A stretch of 64,000 nt of DNA from an uncultured Actinomycetota bacterium (GCA_963819215.1 CAWFVK010000009.1:209267-273266), one strand, 5' to 3'; positions 1-11,293 are shown, counted from the first letter of the stretch. Notes: generated from the letters alone by a model not told the origin. Numbers and translations are program-made.

Positions 1-3000
1 ACTCCCGTCGCGGTGCGCCGGGCCTGCCGAGCACCCACGACGAGGGCGAGGGCGAAGCCGTCGAGTGGCTCTGGCTGCTGCACGACGACTGCGCTCCGGA
101 GCCCGAGACGCTGCGCGCGCTGCTGGCGGCGGTGGACGCCAGCCCCTCCATCGCGATCGCTGGTCCCAAGGTGCGCGGCTGGTCCGACTCCAGCAGCTTG
201 GTCGAGGTCGGCGTCACCATCGGCGGTGGCGGCCGCCGCGAGACCGGGCTGGAGCGCGGCGAGCTCGACCAGGGCCAGCACGACGGCCGCGCGGACGTCC
301 TGGCCGTCGGCACCGCCGGCATGCTCGTGCGCCGGGACGTCTGGGAGGCGCTGGGCGGCTTCGACCCGCGCCTGCCGCTGTTCAGGGACGACGTCGACCT
401 CGGCTGGCGGGCGAACCTGGCCGGCCACCGGGTGGTGATCGTGCCCGAGGCGATCGTCCACCACATCGAGGCCGCCGCCCATGGTCGGCGCAAGGCGCAC
501 GCGGTCGACAACCACGTCTACCGGGCGGACCGGCGGGCCGCGTTGCACGTCCTGCTGGCCAACGCCCCCGCCTACTCGTTGGCCTGGCACTGGTTCCGGC
601 TCTTCGTCGGCTCGCTGCTGCGGGTGGTCGGGCTGCTGATCGGCAAGGCACCGACCGACGCGTGGGACGAGGTGCTGGCTGCCGGCTCGGTGCTGTTCTC
701 GCCGGGTCCGTTGCTGCGCGCCCGTCGGGCGAGCGGCACGGACGAAGGCGGTGCCCGCGAGCACGGTGCGCCCGCTGCTGGCACCGCCGATGTCCGGCCT
801 GCGGCACGGGCTGGAGGCCGTCGCTGCGCTGGTGGGCGGGCGTTCGGACCGCGCCGGCACCGCGGGCAGCGGGCTCGAGTCCGGCCCCGTCGATGAGGAC
901 AACGAGCAGATCTCCTCCGGGCCGAGCCGGATCCGCAGCTTCCTCGCCCGGCCCGGCGTCGTGCTCGCTGCCGCCCTCCTGCTGCTGTCCCTGGTGGCGT
1001 TCCGCGGGCTGCTGTACGGCTCCGGCCTGCTGCAGGGCGGGATGCTCTACCCGACGGGTGACGGCGTGGGCTCGCTCTGGGGGACCTACCTCGCTTCCTG
1101 GCACGAGGTCGGGGTCGGGAGCCCGTCCGCGGCGTCGCCGTACCTCGTCCCGCTCGCTGCGGCTGTCCTGGTTGCTGCTCGGCAAGGTCTGGTTGGCGGT
1201 CGACCTGATCCTGCTGCTCGCTGTTCCGCTGGCCGGTGGCACGGCCTACGTCCTGCTCGGCAGGCTCGGCATCGGCCGGTGGACCCGGGTGGTGGGTGCG
1301 GTGGCCTACGCCTTCCTGCCCGCCGTCACCGGCGCGGTGGCTGGTGGTCGCCTCGGCACCGCGGTCGCCTCCTGGTTGCTGCCGGTCGTCGGCTGGCAGG
1401 CCTCTCGCGCCATCGGTCTGGGTGGCCAAGGCGCTGGCCCTGACGGCTCCCTGCGGCGCGCCTGGATCAGCGGGCTGCTCCTCGCGGTGGTCACGGCGTT
1501 CGTCCCGTGGCTGGGCCTGCTGGCCGCTGCGGTCGGGATCATCGCCGTGGCCGTCTTCAGGCGCAGCTCGCTCGGCTGCTGGCTGCGCCTCGGCGCGGTC
1601 CTCGTCGTGCCGCCGCTGGTGCTCCTCCCGTGGACCGTGCGGGCGGTACGCAACCCGTGGATCCTGCTCGGTGAGGCTGGGGCGCCCGACCCCGGCGCTC
1701 GCCGACCAGGGACTCCCGAGCTGGCATGTCGCCGTGGCGAACCCGGGCGGTCCTGGCGTCGCCGCCGGCCTGGATCACGATCGGTCTGCTCCTGGTCGGC
1801 CTGTCGGCGCTGCTGCGCAAGGACCGCCTGCGGGCCGCTGTCGGCGCCTGGATCGTCGTGCTGGTCGGCCTGCTCGCGGGACTGCTCGTGAACGGCCGCA
1901 CGGTGACTCCGCCCTCGCTCGGCCGGGCGATGGCCATCTGGCCGGGCCCCGCCACCTTGCTGATCGGCGGCGGGCTGGTCGTCGCCGCGCTGCTCGCCTT
2001 CGACGGCGCCCGCGAGCGCGTCTCGGCGTTCCGCTTCGGCTGGCGGCAACCCGTCGCGGGCTTGCTGGCCGTGGTCGGGCTGCTGGCGCCACCGCTGCTG
2101 CTGCTCTGGTGGGTGGCCGACGGCGTCGACCGGCAGCGGGAGCCCGTTGACCAGGGACACCACCGGCGAGGTGCCTGCTTACGTCGTGGCGTCGGCCAGC
2201 GTGCCGGCGCGCCCCCGTGCGCTGGTGCTGTCGACGGATCTGGCTCCGACCTCGACGGGGACGCAGGGCGGCTCGGTGACGTTCACCATCGTGCCCGGCG
2301 ACGGCAGGGTGCTGGGCGACGCCGAGGTCTCCCCGGCGAGCTCGCTGACCTCGGGTGCCGCAGCTGCGGTGGCGGCGATCGTGGCCGGCCGTGCCGGCAC
2401 TCCGGAGGTCGCGGCGATCGCGAGCTACGGCGTCGGGTTCATCGTGGTGACGCAGCCGGTCGCGCCCTCGGTCGCGCTCGCGCTCGACGGCGTCCCCGGG
2501 CTCAGCCGGCTGGGGGAGGACGAGACAGGTGTCGTCTGGCGCGTGACGCCGAGCGGCGCTCGGGTCCGCATCGTCACGAGCAGCGGGCAGAGCATCACGA
2601 TCGCGCCGGTCGCCGACCAGACGACGACCCAGGTCGACACCACGCTGCCCACCAGCCCGGTGCACGGCGCCCCCACCCTGGCGCAGCCGAGTGCCTCCCG
2701 GCTCGTCCTCGCCGAAGCGGCGGACCCCGGCTGGCACGCGAGCCTCAACGGCACAGCGCTGCCGTCCATCGTCGTGAACGGCTGGGCCCAGGGGTTCCAG
2801 CTCCCTGCTGCGACCGGTGGAGTCCCGGCCGGTCACCTCACCGTCACCTTCGAGGACAGCAGGGGCAGCTGGTTGACCGTGCAGCTGGTCCTGGTCCTGG
2901 TCGTCGTCCTGCTCGCCCTCCCGACCCGGCGGCGCAGCGGCCTCGAGCACGACCCCGGTGACGCCGACGTCGATGTCGCCCCGACGTCGCCAAGGAGCTC

Positions 3001-3038
3001 ACGACCGGAGCGCGCACGACCACGAGGTGGTCGCATGA
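1..3038 (+). pseudogene. Large membrane-anchored family-2 glycosyltransferase; 5' end lies outside the window and the frame is broken about 6 times
   Basis: From nt 3 the frame reads EWLWLLHDDCAPEPETLRALL..IAGPKV..GTAGMLVRRDVWEALGGFDPRLPLFRDDVDLGWR, a GT2 core. The multi-TM continuation has to be followed through ORFs 132-896, 751-1443, 65-1891, 1236-2150, 1726-2961 and 2147-. The probable stop is TGA 3036-3038, overlapping the next ATG (ATGA). Confidence 0.8.
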
Positions 3039-4516
3039 ACCGCCCCCGCCCTGTCGTGCTCCTGGGTGCGGCGTCGGCCTGCGTCGTGGTGGCCGTCGGG
3101 CTCGCCGCCGCGCTGCACCCTGTCGCGCCGACCACCAGCGTGGCTGCGGTCACCCGGCAGGTCAGCGACGTCTCGCTCGTCTGCGGATTCGTGCCCGGCC
3201 GGCCGGGAACCTCGGTCGTCGTCTCGGCCGCCGCCGACCAGCCCGGCCACGGCCGTCGACGGCATCAGCATCCGCAGGCTCGGCCAGCCAGTCACCGCCA
3301 AGCCGCTGATCACGGCGACCGTGCGGTCACCGTCCGCCGTCGCTGGTGGTGCCGAACGGCGACCGGCGGTCCGATGGTCATCCACGCCACCGGCGCGATG
3401 GCGCGGGGCCTCACCGGCCTGGTGTCGATCAAGGCCACCAGCGGTGCGGCCGAGGGCCTGCAGTCGCAGACGTGCACGGCGCCGAGCAACGACAGCTGGT
3501 TCGTCGGCGGCGGCGCCGGCGTGGGTCGCTCGTCCGCCCTGGTCCTGTCCAACCCGAGCTCGGCGCCGTCGACGGTCGACCTCACCGTGTACGGCGCGAA
3601 GGGTGCGTCCCAGCCGTCGGTCGGCCAGGGGATCACGGTTCCCGGCCGGGCGTCAGGTGAGCGTCGTGATGGACACCCTCATCCCCGGCGAGCTCGCGAC
3701 CGCCGTCGAGGTCCGCAGCCGCTCCGGGCCGCGTCGCGGCGATGCTCGTCGACAACCAGGTCGTCGGGCTCGAACCCCGGCGGGGTCGACGGCGTGCCGC
3801 CCGCTGCCGCGCCGGCGACGTCCGTCGTGGTGCCAGGCATCCCTGGCGACGCTGACGCGCGCAGGGCGCTGGCGCTGGTGGTCCCTGGCAGCAGCGACGC
3901 CGTCGTCCGGGTCCGGGTGTCCACCAACCAGGGCCTGCTCTCGCCGCCGTACCTCAGCGCCGTCGAGGTCCCCGGCGGGCCAGCTCACCACCGTCGACCT
4001 CTCGCGGTTCGGTCAGGTCGGGCCCTACTCCTTGGTCATCGAGTCCGACCAGCCGCTGGTCGCCGGGGTCCGGACCCTCACCTCGGCGCCTGGCGTGTCC
4101 CCGGACTTCTCCTACGCCGCCGGGTCGGTCGCGATGAGCCAGCCGCTCTTCCTCTCCTACGGCCGCAACGACCCCGACTCTGGCGACGACCGTGCTGCTG
4201 ACCGCGACCGGCAGCCAGGACCGCTCGGTGACGGTGACCACCGTGCCTGGCGTCGGGGCACCCACCTCGATCACCGTGCGCATCACCGCGGGCACGACCG
4301 TCTCGGTCGCCGTCGGCGGTGCCGCCAAGCTCCCCGTTCGGTGTTCTCATCACCCCGACCGGAGCGCCCGGCACCAACCTCTACGCCGCCTGGGTCGCCT
4401 CCGGCCACGAAGGCACGTCCCGGCTGCTGACCGGGCAGCCGCTGGTGGGAACCCCCGCCGCCGAGACGCTGCCCGGGGTCGCGCAGGATCCGTCCGTGGG
4501 CCTGCCAGGTCACTGA
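3035..4516 (+). pseudogene. DUF5719-like exported protein of the kind that normally follows the large GT2 in actinobacteria; frame broken about 8 times
   Basis: ATG 3035 gives MNRPRPVVLLGAASACVVVAVGLAAAL (signal/TM). Protein-like segments then alternate between frames: GPMVIHATGAMARGLTGLVSIKATSG..NDSWFVGGGAG, QVSVVMDTLIPGELATAVEV, VVVPGIPGDADARRALALVVPGSSDAVVRVRVS, QLTTVDLSRFGQVGPYSLVIESDQPLVAGVR. The end is ..PSVGLPGH* at 4516. The family name is assigned from memory of the synteny. Confidence 0.55.
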
Positions 4517-4540
4517 CCGCCGGCTGGCTGCGGCCCTCGG

Positions 4541-5044
4541 TCACGGCTGCGCGGGCGGCCCTCCGTCGTCCTCGAGGCTCTCGGGCGGCACACCGAGCAA
4601 GTCGGCGAGCCGCTCGACGACCACGCTCTGCACGAGCAGCGCCCGGCTGGTGAGGTCCTTGGCGCGAAGCTCGACCGGCCTGCGGTAGACGACCACCCGA
4701 GCGGCCGTCCCCGCGCCGTCCTTGCTGCTCGCCGTCCCCGGTTCCGACCGCCCGAGCGGGACTGGCTCGAGAGCGGCCTCGGCCATCGCGAGGGCGCTCT
4801 CCGGCGGGATCTCCTCGACGCCGATCTCGACGGCGCTCAGCCGCGCCAGGAGCGGCGGATCATGCCGGACGGCGCGCTCGGCGGACTCCACGGCGTCCAG
4901 GACCAGCTCGTCGAACCGCTCGGAGCGGCTCCGCGACAGCGGCACCTCGGGCGGGGCCAGCGGTCCGCGCATGCCCTTGCCTCGACGGTCCCGGCGGTCG
5001 CGCCGGACCCGGCGAGCGTGGGGGTCAGGCTCGGGTCCGGTCAC
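4541..5044 (-). CDS. Metallopeptidase family protein (zinicin-like, DUF1025 type)
   Basis: Intact 167-aa ORF with an RRDRRGKGMRGPLAPPEVPLSRSRSERFDELVLDAV N-terminus and an acidic C-terminus typical of this small actinobacterial family. It is convergent with the DUF5719 gene. Confidence 0.7.
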   Translation of the reverse strand: MTGPEPDPHARRVRRDRRDRRGKGMRGPLAPPEVPLSRSRSERFDELVLDAVESAERAVRHDPPLLARLSAVEIGVEEIPPESALAMAEAALEPVPLGRSEPGTASSKDGAGTAARVVVYRRPVELRAKDLTSRALLVQSVVVERLADLLGVPPESLEDDGGPPAQP

Positions 5045-5127
5045 CGCGGCAGCCTACGGCGCACGACACGGACCCGGTGGCTGGACCAATCCGAGCCGCT
5101 GTCGGCGCTCGCCGGTAGGTTCACGGG

Positions 5128-5485
5128 GTGAGCCTTCTTCGACGCTGCTCGCGTACCGCGTGCGGCAAGCCAGCAGTAGCAACGCTCACGTATGTCTACG
5201 CCGAGTCCACCGCGGTGCTGGGGCCGCTCGCCATGTACGCCGAGCCCCACTGCTACGACCTCTGCCAGGCCCACAGCGAGCGCCTGACCGCGCCGCGCGG
5301 CTGGGAGGTCGTCCGGCTCGCACCCGATCCTGCAGACGCTGCTGCCGAGCTCGGACGACCTCGAGGCCCTGGCCGACGCCGTCCGCGAGTCCGCCCGCCC
5401 GCCAGCCCGGTGCCGGAGCCGGCGGTCGACCCACGAGCAGGGGCGCCGCGGACACCTGCGCGTGCTCCGCCCCGTCGACGACTGA
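5128..5485 (+). pseudogene. DUF3499 domain protein with one frameshift near 5330
   Basis: GTG 5128 gives MSLLRRCSRTACGKPAVATLTYVYAESTAVLGPLAMYAEPHCYDLCQAHSERLTAPRGWEVVRL. The tail SSDDLEALADAVRE..GRRGHLRVLRPVDD* is in another frame, with stop TGA 5483-5485. Confidence 0.75.
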
Positions 5486-5565
5486 CCGGCGGCCCGAGCG
5501 CTGGCCGCGATGTCCGGTTTGTCACAGAATCGCCGGTTGCTCAAGGCCGGAGGGGGTTCCTGCCG

Positions 5566-5958
5566 ATGCAGCAGGTGTCCTTCCCCTTCACCCGTTCGGA
5601 GCATCCGATGACCCGGTCCACCGCAGCTGTCGCCGATCTCGCCGCCGGTCCGTCGTCGGCGGCGCTGTCCGCCGAGCCCACCAGCGCGCCGGTCAAGCCC
5701 AGGGGAAGCCGGAGCCGGGCCCGCAACCGGACCGAGGTCGTCGTGCCGCTCGGCTCGCTGACCCAGCCCGGCTCGCGTCCGACGTCGGTCTGCCGCACCT
5801 GCGCCAGCCCTCGTGTCACCAGCCTCACGCTGACCCTCACCGACGGCACCCCCGTGGAGTTCACCTCCTGCCACGCCTGCGAGTCGAAGTCCTGGTTGAC
5901 CGCCGAGGGCGAGCTCGACCGGGCCAGCGTGCTGGAGCGGACCCGCAAGATCCGTTAG
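5566..5958 (+). CDS. Hypothetical protein with a C-terminal CxxC..CxxC zinc-ribbon-like motif
   Basis: ATG 5566 follows GGAGGGGG (5549-5556). It forms the C-terminal part of ORF 5128-5958: ..SVCRTCASPRVTSLTLTLTDGTPVEFTSCHACESKSWLTAEGELDRASVLERTRKIR*. I do not recognise the family. Confidence 0.5.
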   Translation: MQQVSFPFTRSEHPMTRSTAAVADLAAGPSSAALSAEPTSAPVKPRGSRSRARNRTEVVVPLGSLTQPGSRPTSVCRTCASPRVTSLTLTLTDGTPVEFTSCHACESKSWLTAEGELDRASVLERTRKIR

Positions 5959-5988
5959 GCCCTCCGGCCGCCGGGTAGGCTCCACGGC

Positions 5989-7370
5989 ATGCGCGACCTC
6001 GGCAGCATCATCAAGGCGTACGACGTCCGCGGGACCTACCCCGACCAGCTCGACGAACAGCTCGCCCACGACGTGGGTGCGGCGTTCGTCCGGCTGCTCG
6101 GCCCGCGGACCGAGGCGGCGATCCGCAGACCGTGGTCATCGGCCACGACATGCGCCCGAGCAGTCCGGCGCTGGTCGACGCCTTCACCGAGGGCGCGACC
6201 GAGCAGGGCGCTGACGTCGTGCACATCGGCCTCGCGTCCACCGACGCCCTCTACTTCGCCTCGGGCTACCTCAACTGCCCGGGCGCGATGTTCACCGCCA
6301 GCCACAACCCGGCGAAGTACAACGGCATCAAGCTCTGCCGCGCGGGCGCAGCTCCGGTCGGCCAGGAGAGCGGGCTGGCCGAGATCCGGACCATGATCGA
6401 GACCGGCATCGAGCCGTACGACGGTCCGCCCGGCTCGGTGTCGGAGCGCGCGTTGCTCCCTGAGTACGCGGACTACCTCAAGAAGCTGGTCGACCTCTCG
6501 GCGATCCGGCACCTGACAGTCGTGGTCGACGCCGGCAACGGCATGGGCGGCTACACGGCCCCGATCGTGCTCGACGGCTTGCCGCTCACCGTCATCCCGA
6601 TGTACTTCGAGCTCGACGGCTCGTTCCCGAACCACGAGGCCAACCCGATCGAGCCCGCCAACGTCGCCGACCTGCAGGCCAAGGTCATCGAGACCGGCGC
6701 CGACCTCGGGCTGGCCTTCGACGGCGACGCCGACCGCTGCTTCGTCATCGACGAGCGCGGCGAGATCGTGACGCCGTCCACGCTCACCGCGCTGATCGCC
6801 GCCCGCGAGCTCGACCGGGTCCCCGGCTCGACCGTGATCCACAACCTGATCACCTCGCGCTCGGTCGCGGAGGTCGTGCGCGAGCACGGCGGCACCCCGG
6901 TCCGCACCAGGGTCGGCCACTCCTTCATCAAGGCGGTGATGGCCGAGACCGGAGCGGTGTTCGGCGGCGAGCACTCCGGTCACTTCTACTTCCGCGACTT
7001 CTGGCGTGCCGACTCGGGGATGCTGGCCGCGCTGCACACGATGGCGGCGCTCGGCGCGACGCCGGCCGGCACCACGCTGTCCAGCCTGCTCGCTGAGTAC
7101 GACCGCTACGTCGTCTCCGGGGAGATCAACTCGACCGTCGACGACGCCGCAGCCCGGATGGCCGCCGTCGAGGCTGCCTACACCGGACGCGACGACGTGG
7201 TCCTGGACCATCTCGACGGCCTGAGCGTCGACGCAGCCGACTGGTGGTTCAACCTGAGGGCGTCGAACACCGAGCCGCTGCTGCGGCTGAACGTCGAGGC
7301 CGCTGACGCCGCGACGATGGCTCGTGTTCGCGACGAGGTGCTGGCCGTCGTGCGAGGGGCCGCCGCGTGA
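5989..7370 (+). pseudogene. manB: Phosphomannomutase/phosphoglucomutase with one frameshift near 6116
   Basis: The N-terminus MRDLGSIIKAYDVRGTYPDQLDEQLAHDVGAAFVRLL is in the 5989 frame. The rest (VVIGHDMRPSS..FTASHNPAKYNGIKLC..DGDADRCFVIDERG..GGEHSGHFYF) is ORF 6132-7370. The junction gcggcgatccg looks like the loss of one g. Confidence 0.9.
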
Positions 7371-7579
7371 CCACGCCCTTCGGCCTCGACGCCCGGCTGC
7401 TCGAGATCCTGGCCTGCCCGTGCGAGCACCACGCGCCGGTCGAGCCGGACCTCGCCGTCGCCGCCCTCGTCTGCACCCGCTGCCGCACCAGCTTCCCCGT
7501 CAGGGACGGCATCCCGGTGATGCTGCTCGACGAGGCGACGCCAGGGCCATCGGGCGTCGGCGCCGACCTCCAGGGATGA
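7367..7579 (+). CDS. Trm112 family protein
   Basis: A 70-aa ORF with LLEILACP..LVCTRCRTSFPVRDGIPVMLLDEA. There is a GTGA start/stop overlap with manB. Confidence 0.85.
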   Translation: MTTPFGLDARLLEILACPCEHHAPVEPDLAVAALVCTRCRTSFPVRDGIPVMLLDEATPGPSGVGADLQG

Positions 7580-7586
7580 CCGGCCG

Positions 7587-8729
7587 GTGAGCCGCACCGT
7601 CGATGAAGCGCTCCTGGACGACGTCGCCGCGCTGACTGCATCGGACCGCAGCGGAACCCTCCTCGCGCTCGCCGGGGCGGGCGCCCAGGTCCGGTCGGCC
7701 TACACGGCGGCGATCGAGGCCGGTGCGTCGTCCGTCGCCGTGGACGGTCGGCCGCGCGCCGTCGTCGTCGCGGCTCTCGGTGGCTCCGCAGTGGTCGCTG
7801 ACCTGCTGCACGCGCTGGCTGGCCCGCGCTCGCCGGTGCCGGTCATGGTGGTCCACTCCAGCACGCTGCCGGGCTGGGTGAGCCCGCTCGACCTCGTCGT
7901 GGCGGTGTCGATGTCGGGTCGAGCCGCGGGCCCGCTTGCGGTGGCCGCCGAGGCCGCGCGGCGTGGCTGCCGGCTGCTCACCGTCGGGCGGGCCGGCTCT
8001 CCGCTGGCCGAGGTCTGCCTGCGGGCGCGTGGCGTGCACGTCCCCGTCCAGCAAGGTCTGCGCTCCTCCCGGGCCGGCCTGTGGGCGCTCAGCGTCCCGG
8101 TGCTCGTGGCTGCCGACGCCCTGGGCCTCATCGACTGCGGGCCCACCGTCTTCGAGCAGACCGCGACCTGCCTCGACGGTGTGGCGGAGACCGCGCGGCC
8201 CTCGTCGGAGTCGTTCGTCAACCCGGCGAAGTCGCTCGCCGTCGAGCTCGCCGGAACGGTGCCGCTGGTCCTGGGTGCGGGTGACCTCGCCGGGCTCGCC
8301 GCCGTCCGCGCAGCCGCGCAGCTCTCCCGCAACGCCCGGCACCCGGCTGTGCACGGGATCCTGCCGGACTCCGCCGCCGAGGTCGTCGCCACCTTCGACG
8401 GACCGTTCGCCGGCGGGGCGGACGGCGACAGCACCTTCTTCGACCCCTTCGACTCGCCCGAGGTCACCTCGCTGCGCCTGCTGATGCTGAGCGACGCCGA
8501 AGGCGAGGAGGACCCGGAGATCGCCAGGGTCGCGAGGGTGGTCGCCGAGACCGCCACCGAGGGCGGGGTCCGTGTCAGCAGCCTGCGCGCCGAGGCCGGA
8601 CCGCCGCTGGCGAGGCTGGCGAGCCTGGTGGGCCTCACCGACTTCGCGTCCGTCTACCTCGCGCTCGGGCTCGGCCTCGACCCTGCGACCTCACCGCACG
8701 TCGCGGATCTCAAGGAGCGCATGCGATGA
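7587..8729 (+). CDS. SIS domain protein (glucose/mannose-6-phosphate isomerase-like)
   Basis: Intact 380-aa ORF in the conserved slot between Trm112 and manA. Its sequence style is that of actinobacterial bifunctional PGI/PMI-like SIS proteins. Confidence 0.7.
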   Translation: MSRTVDEALLDDVAALTASDRSGTLLALAGAGAQVRSAYTAAIEAGASSVAVDGRPRAVVVAALGGSAVVADLLHALAGPRSPVPVMVVHSSTLPGWVSPLDLVVAVSMSGRAAGPLAVAAEAARRGCRLLTVGRAGSPLAEVCLRARGVHVPVQQGLRSSRAGLWALSVPVLVAADALGLIDCGPTVFEQTATCLDGVAETARPSSESFVNPAKSLAVELAGTVPLVLGAGDLAGLAAVRAAAQLSRNARHPAVHGILPDSAAEVVATFDGPFAGGADGDSTFFDPFDSPEVTSLRLLMLSDAEGEEDPEIARVARVVAETATEGGVRVSSLRAEAGPPLARLASLVGLTDFASVYLALGLGLDPATSPHVADLKERMR

Positions 8730-9655
8730 GCACCGAGGGTGGCACCAAGGCCATCGTCGCCGCGCTCGCTGCCAACGTCGGGATCGCGATCTCGAAGTTC
8801 GTCGCGTTCGCGTTCACCGGCTCGTCGTCCATGGCTGCGGAGGGCGTCCACTCCCTGGCCGACTCGGGAAACCAGGTGCTGCTGCTGGTCGGCGGCCACC
8901 GCTCCACCCGGGCCGCCAACGCGGAGCACCCCTTCGGCTACGGCCGGACGCGCTACGTGTACGCGTTCGTGGTGTCGATCGTGCTGTTCTCCCTCGGTGG
9001 GCTGTTCGCCATCTACGAGGGGTGGCACAAGATCCACGCGCCCGAGCCGCTCACCTCGCCCGCGTGGGCGTTCGGCGTGCTGCTCGTCGCCATCGTGCTC
9101 GAGGGCTTCTCGCTGCGCACCGCCGTCCGGGAGTCGAACGTGACCAGGGGCGCCGCCAGCTGGTGGGAGTTCGTGCGCAGGGCGAAGGCACCCGAGCTAC
9201 CCGTAGTCCTGCTCGAGGACACCGGGGCCCTGCTCGGCCTGGTGCTCGCGCTGATCGGAGTCACGCTCGCCGTGGTCACGGGGAACGGGCGCTGGGACGG
9301 CGTGGGTTCGCTCGCCATCGGCTCGCTGCTCGTCGTGATCGCGGTGTTCCTCGCGCTGGAGATGACGAGCCTGTTGATCGGCGAGGCTGCGGCCCCGGTG
9401 GTCGTCGACCAGATCCGCGCCGCCATCGAGGCCGGCGACGACATCGAGCGCATCATCCACCTCAAGACCCTGCACCTCGGGCCGGAGGAGATCCTGGTCG
9501 CCGCGAAGATCGCCGTCTCGCACGACGACACGGCCGCCGCGGTGGCCCGGGCCATCGACGCCGCCGAGGTGCGCCTGCGCGCGGCCGTGCCGATGACCCT
9601 CGTCATCTACCTCGAGCCCGACATCGACCGCGCCGCGGCGGGCTCCGTTGCCTGA
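8726..9655 (+). CDS. Cation diffusion facilitator family transporter
   Basis: Contains KAIVAALAANVGIAISKFVAFAFTGSSSMAAEGVHSLADSGNQ..HPFGYGR, six predicted TM segments and a C-terminal cytoplasmic domain. There is an ATGA overlap with the SIS gene. Confidence 0.85.
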   Translation: MSTEGGTKAIVAALAANVGIAISKFVAFAFTGSSSMAAEGVHSLADSGNQVLLLVGGHRSTRAANAEHPFGYGRTRYVYAFVVSIVLFSLGGLFAIYEGWHKIHAPEPLTSPAWAFGVLLVAIVLEGFSLRTAVRESNVTRGAASWWEFVRRAKAPELPVVLLEDTGALLGLVLALIGVTLAVVTGNGRWDGVGSLAIGSLLVVIAVFLALEMTSLLIGEAAAPVVVDQIRAAIEAGDDIERIIHLKTLHLGPEEILVAAKIAVSHDDTAAAVARAIDAAEVRLRAAVPMTLVIYLEPDIDRAAAGSVA

Positions 9656-9716
9656 GCAGCCCTCGGCGTCCACCCCGGCTGCTCAGCCGGGCGGTCGCCG
9701 GGGATCGCTGCAGGCC

Positions 9717-10844
9717 GTGCCGTTGGAGAACCCGGTGCGCGCCTACGCCTGGGGCTCGCTCACCGTCCTGCCCGAGCTCGTGGGCGCGGTGAGTCCGGCG
9801 GCCGAGCCTTGGGCGGAGATCTGGATGGGGGCCCACCCGGGCGGACCGTCCCTGCTGCCCGACGGCCGGCCGCTGTCCGACGTCGAGCCCGATCTCCCCT
9901 TCCTGGTCAAGCTCCTCGCCGCCGAGCGCCCGTTGTCGATCCAGGCCCATCCCGACCGTGCTCAGGCGGTCGCGGGCTACGCCGCCGAGGAGGCTGCCGG
10001 GATCGCGCTGTCCGCGCCCGAGCGTTCGTACAAGGACGCCAACCACAAGCCCGAGCTCCTGGTCGCCCTGACGCCGGTCTCCGCGCTCTGCGGGTTCAGG
10101 GCGCCGGCTGACGTGCTGCGGATGGCCGCCAGCCTCGGCTCGCCCGCGTTCTCCTCGCTGGTGGCTCCGCTGAACGCGGGCGAGCGTGCGCTGCGCGAGG
10201 TGTTCGAGGCGATGGTCGGCACGGCGAACCGGCCCGAGCTGCTCGCCGAGGTGGTCAAAGCCGCGACCGCGATGGCCGCCTCGGCCCCGACCGCCGAGGA
10301 GCGCTCGGCCGCGCGCTGGGCGCTGACGCTGGCGACCGACTTCCCGGCGGACCCCGGTGTGCTCGCGCCCTTCGTGCTGCAGCTCGTCGAGCTCGAGCCC
10401 GGTCAGGGCCTGTTCGTCGCCTCCGGTGTCCTGCACGCCTACCTGCACGGTGCGGGAGTGGAGATCCAGGCGTCCTCGGACAACGTCCTGCGTGGTGCGC
10501 TCACGCCGAAGCACGTCGACGTCCAGGAGCTGCTGAAGGTGGTGCGGTTCGAGGTCGGGGTGGATGCCCTCGTCCTCCCGGTCCACCGCAGCGACGGGGT
10601 GGACGCCTACCCCGTGCCGGCGGCCGACTTCGCGCTCTGGCGGGTCCGGCCGAGCGACCTCGGGCGCGCCGTGGTCGAGGCCGACGGCCCGCGCATCGTG
10701 GTCTGCGTCGAGGGTTCGGTCGAGGTCGCCGGCGTGCGGCTCGAGCCGGGACGAGCGGCCTTCGTCCCCGCGAGCGTGACTCCGCTCGTCGTGCACGGTG
10801 ACGGCACCTGCTTCGTGTCCGCCCAGCCGGCGCCGCAGGGCTAG
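9717..10844 (+). CDS. manA: Mannose-6-phosphate isomerase, class I
   Basis: Contains VPLENPVRAYAWGS..EIWMGAHPGGPSLL..PFLVKLLAAERPLSIQAHPD..YKDANHKPE. The ORF track starts at TTG 9648, but in-frame GTG 9717 fits the usual N-terminus better. Confidence 0.88.
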   Translation: MPLENPVRAYAWGSLTVLPELVGAVSPAAEPWAEIWMGAHPGGPSLLPDGRPLSDVEPDLPFLVKLLAAERPLSIQAHPDRAQAVAGYAAEEAAGIALSAPERSYKDANHKPELLVALTPVSALCGFRAPADVLRMAASLGSPAFSSLVAPLNAGERALREVFEAMVGTANRPELLAEVVKAATAMAASAPTAEERSAARWALTLATDFPADPGVLAPFVLQLVELEPGQGLFVASGVLHAYLHGAGVEIQASSDNVLRGALTPKHVDVQELLKVVRFEVGVDALVLPVHRSDGVDAYPVPAADFALWRVRPSDLGRAVVEADGPRIVVCVEGSVEVAGVRLEPGRAAFVPASVTPLVVHGDGTCFVSAQPAPQG

Positions 10845-10868
10845 CTGCCCGCGGTCGTGGGGCGTGTC

Positions 10869-11242
10869 TCAGCTGGCCCAGGCAGGGGCGAGCCTGCTGC
10901 CGTCGGGAAGCTCTGCCTCGAGGCCCACGCTGGAGGTCACCCAGACGTGAGCAGGTGTGGCGAGCGCGTTGTCCACCCGGAAGCTGGCGCCGGCCGGGAC
11001 CAGCACCACGTCGCCGGGCCGGGCCTCGGAACGCTCGCCGTCGACGTCCACGACCAGGCGGCCGTCCAGCACCAGCAGGACCTCCTCGCGAGAGGGCCGA
11101 TGAGGCTGTCCGGCGAGGGATCCCGCGATCTCGAGCTGCCACGCGCAGAGCTCGGCACTGCCCGTTCCGGGTCGGACGAAGGAGCTGAACCGGCTGCCGT
11201 GCAGCTCATGGGTGACGGCGTCTGCGGGGCGGATGACGGTCA
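10869..11242 (-). CDS. Cupin domain protein
   Basis: Contains HELHGSRFSSFVRPGTGSAELCAWQLEI..GQPHRPSREEVLLVLDGRLVVDVDGERSEARPGDVVLVPAGASFRV. The likely start is GTG 11242, after a GAAGGGA Shine-Dalgarno sequence; the ORF track extends to 11333. Confidence 0.7.
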
Positions 11243-11293
11243 CGAGGCGATCCCTTCGGAGAGCGGGTCGTTGGCTGGCGACGACGCGGAGAT

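Noticed and set aside
65-1891. A 608-aa ORF as one protein
   Set aside because: Only its segment from about 1160 to 1695 reads like a membrane protein (part of the large GT2). The remainder is out-of-frame read-through of the same gene. The true product has to be assembled from several frames.
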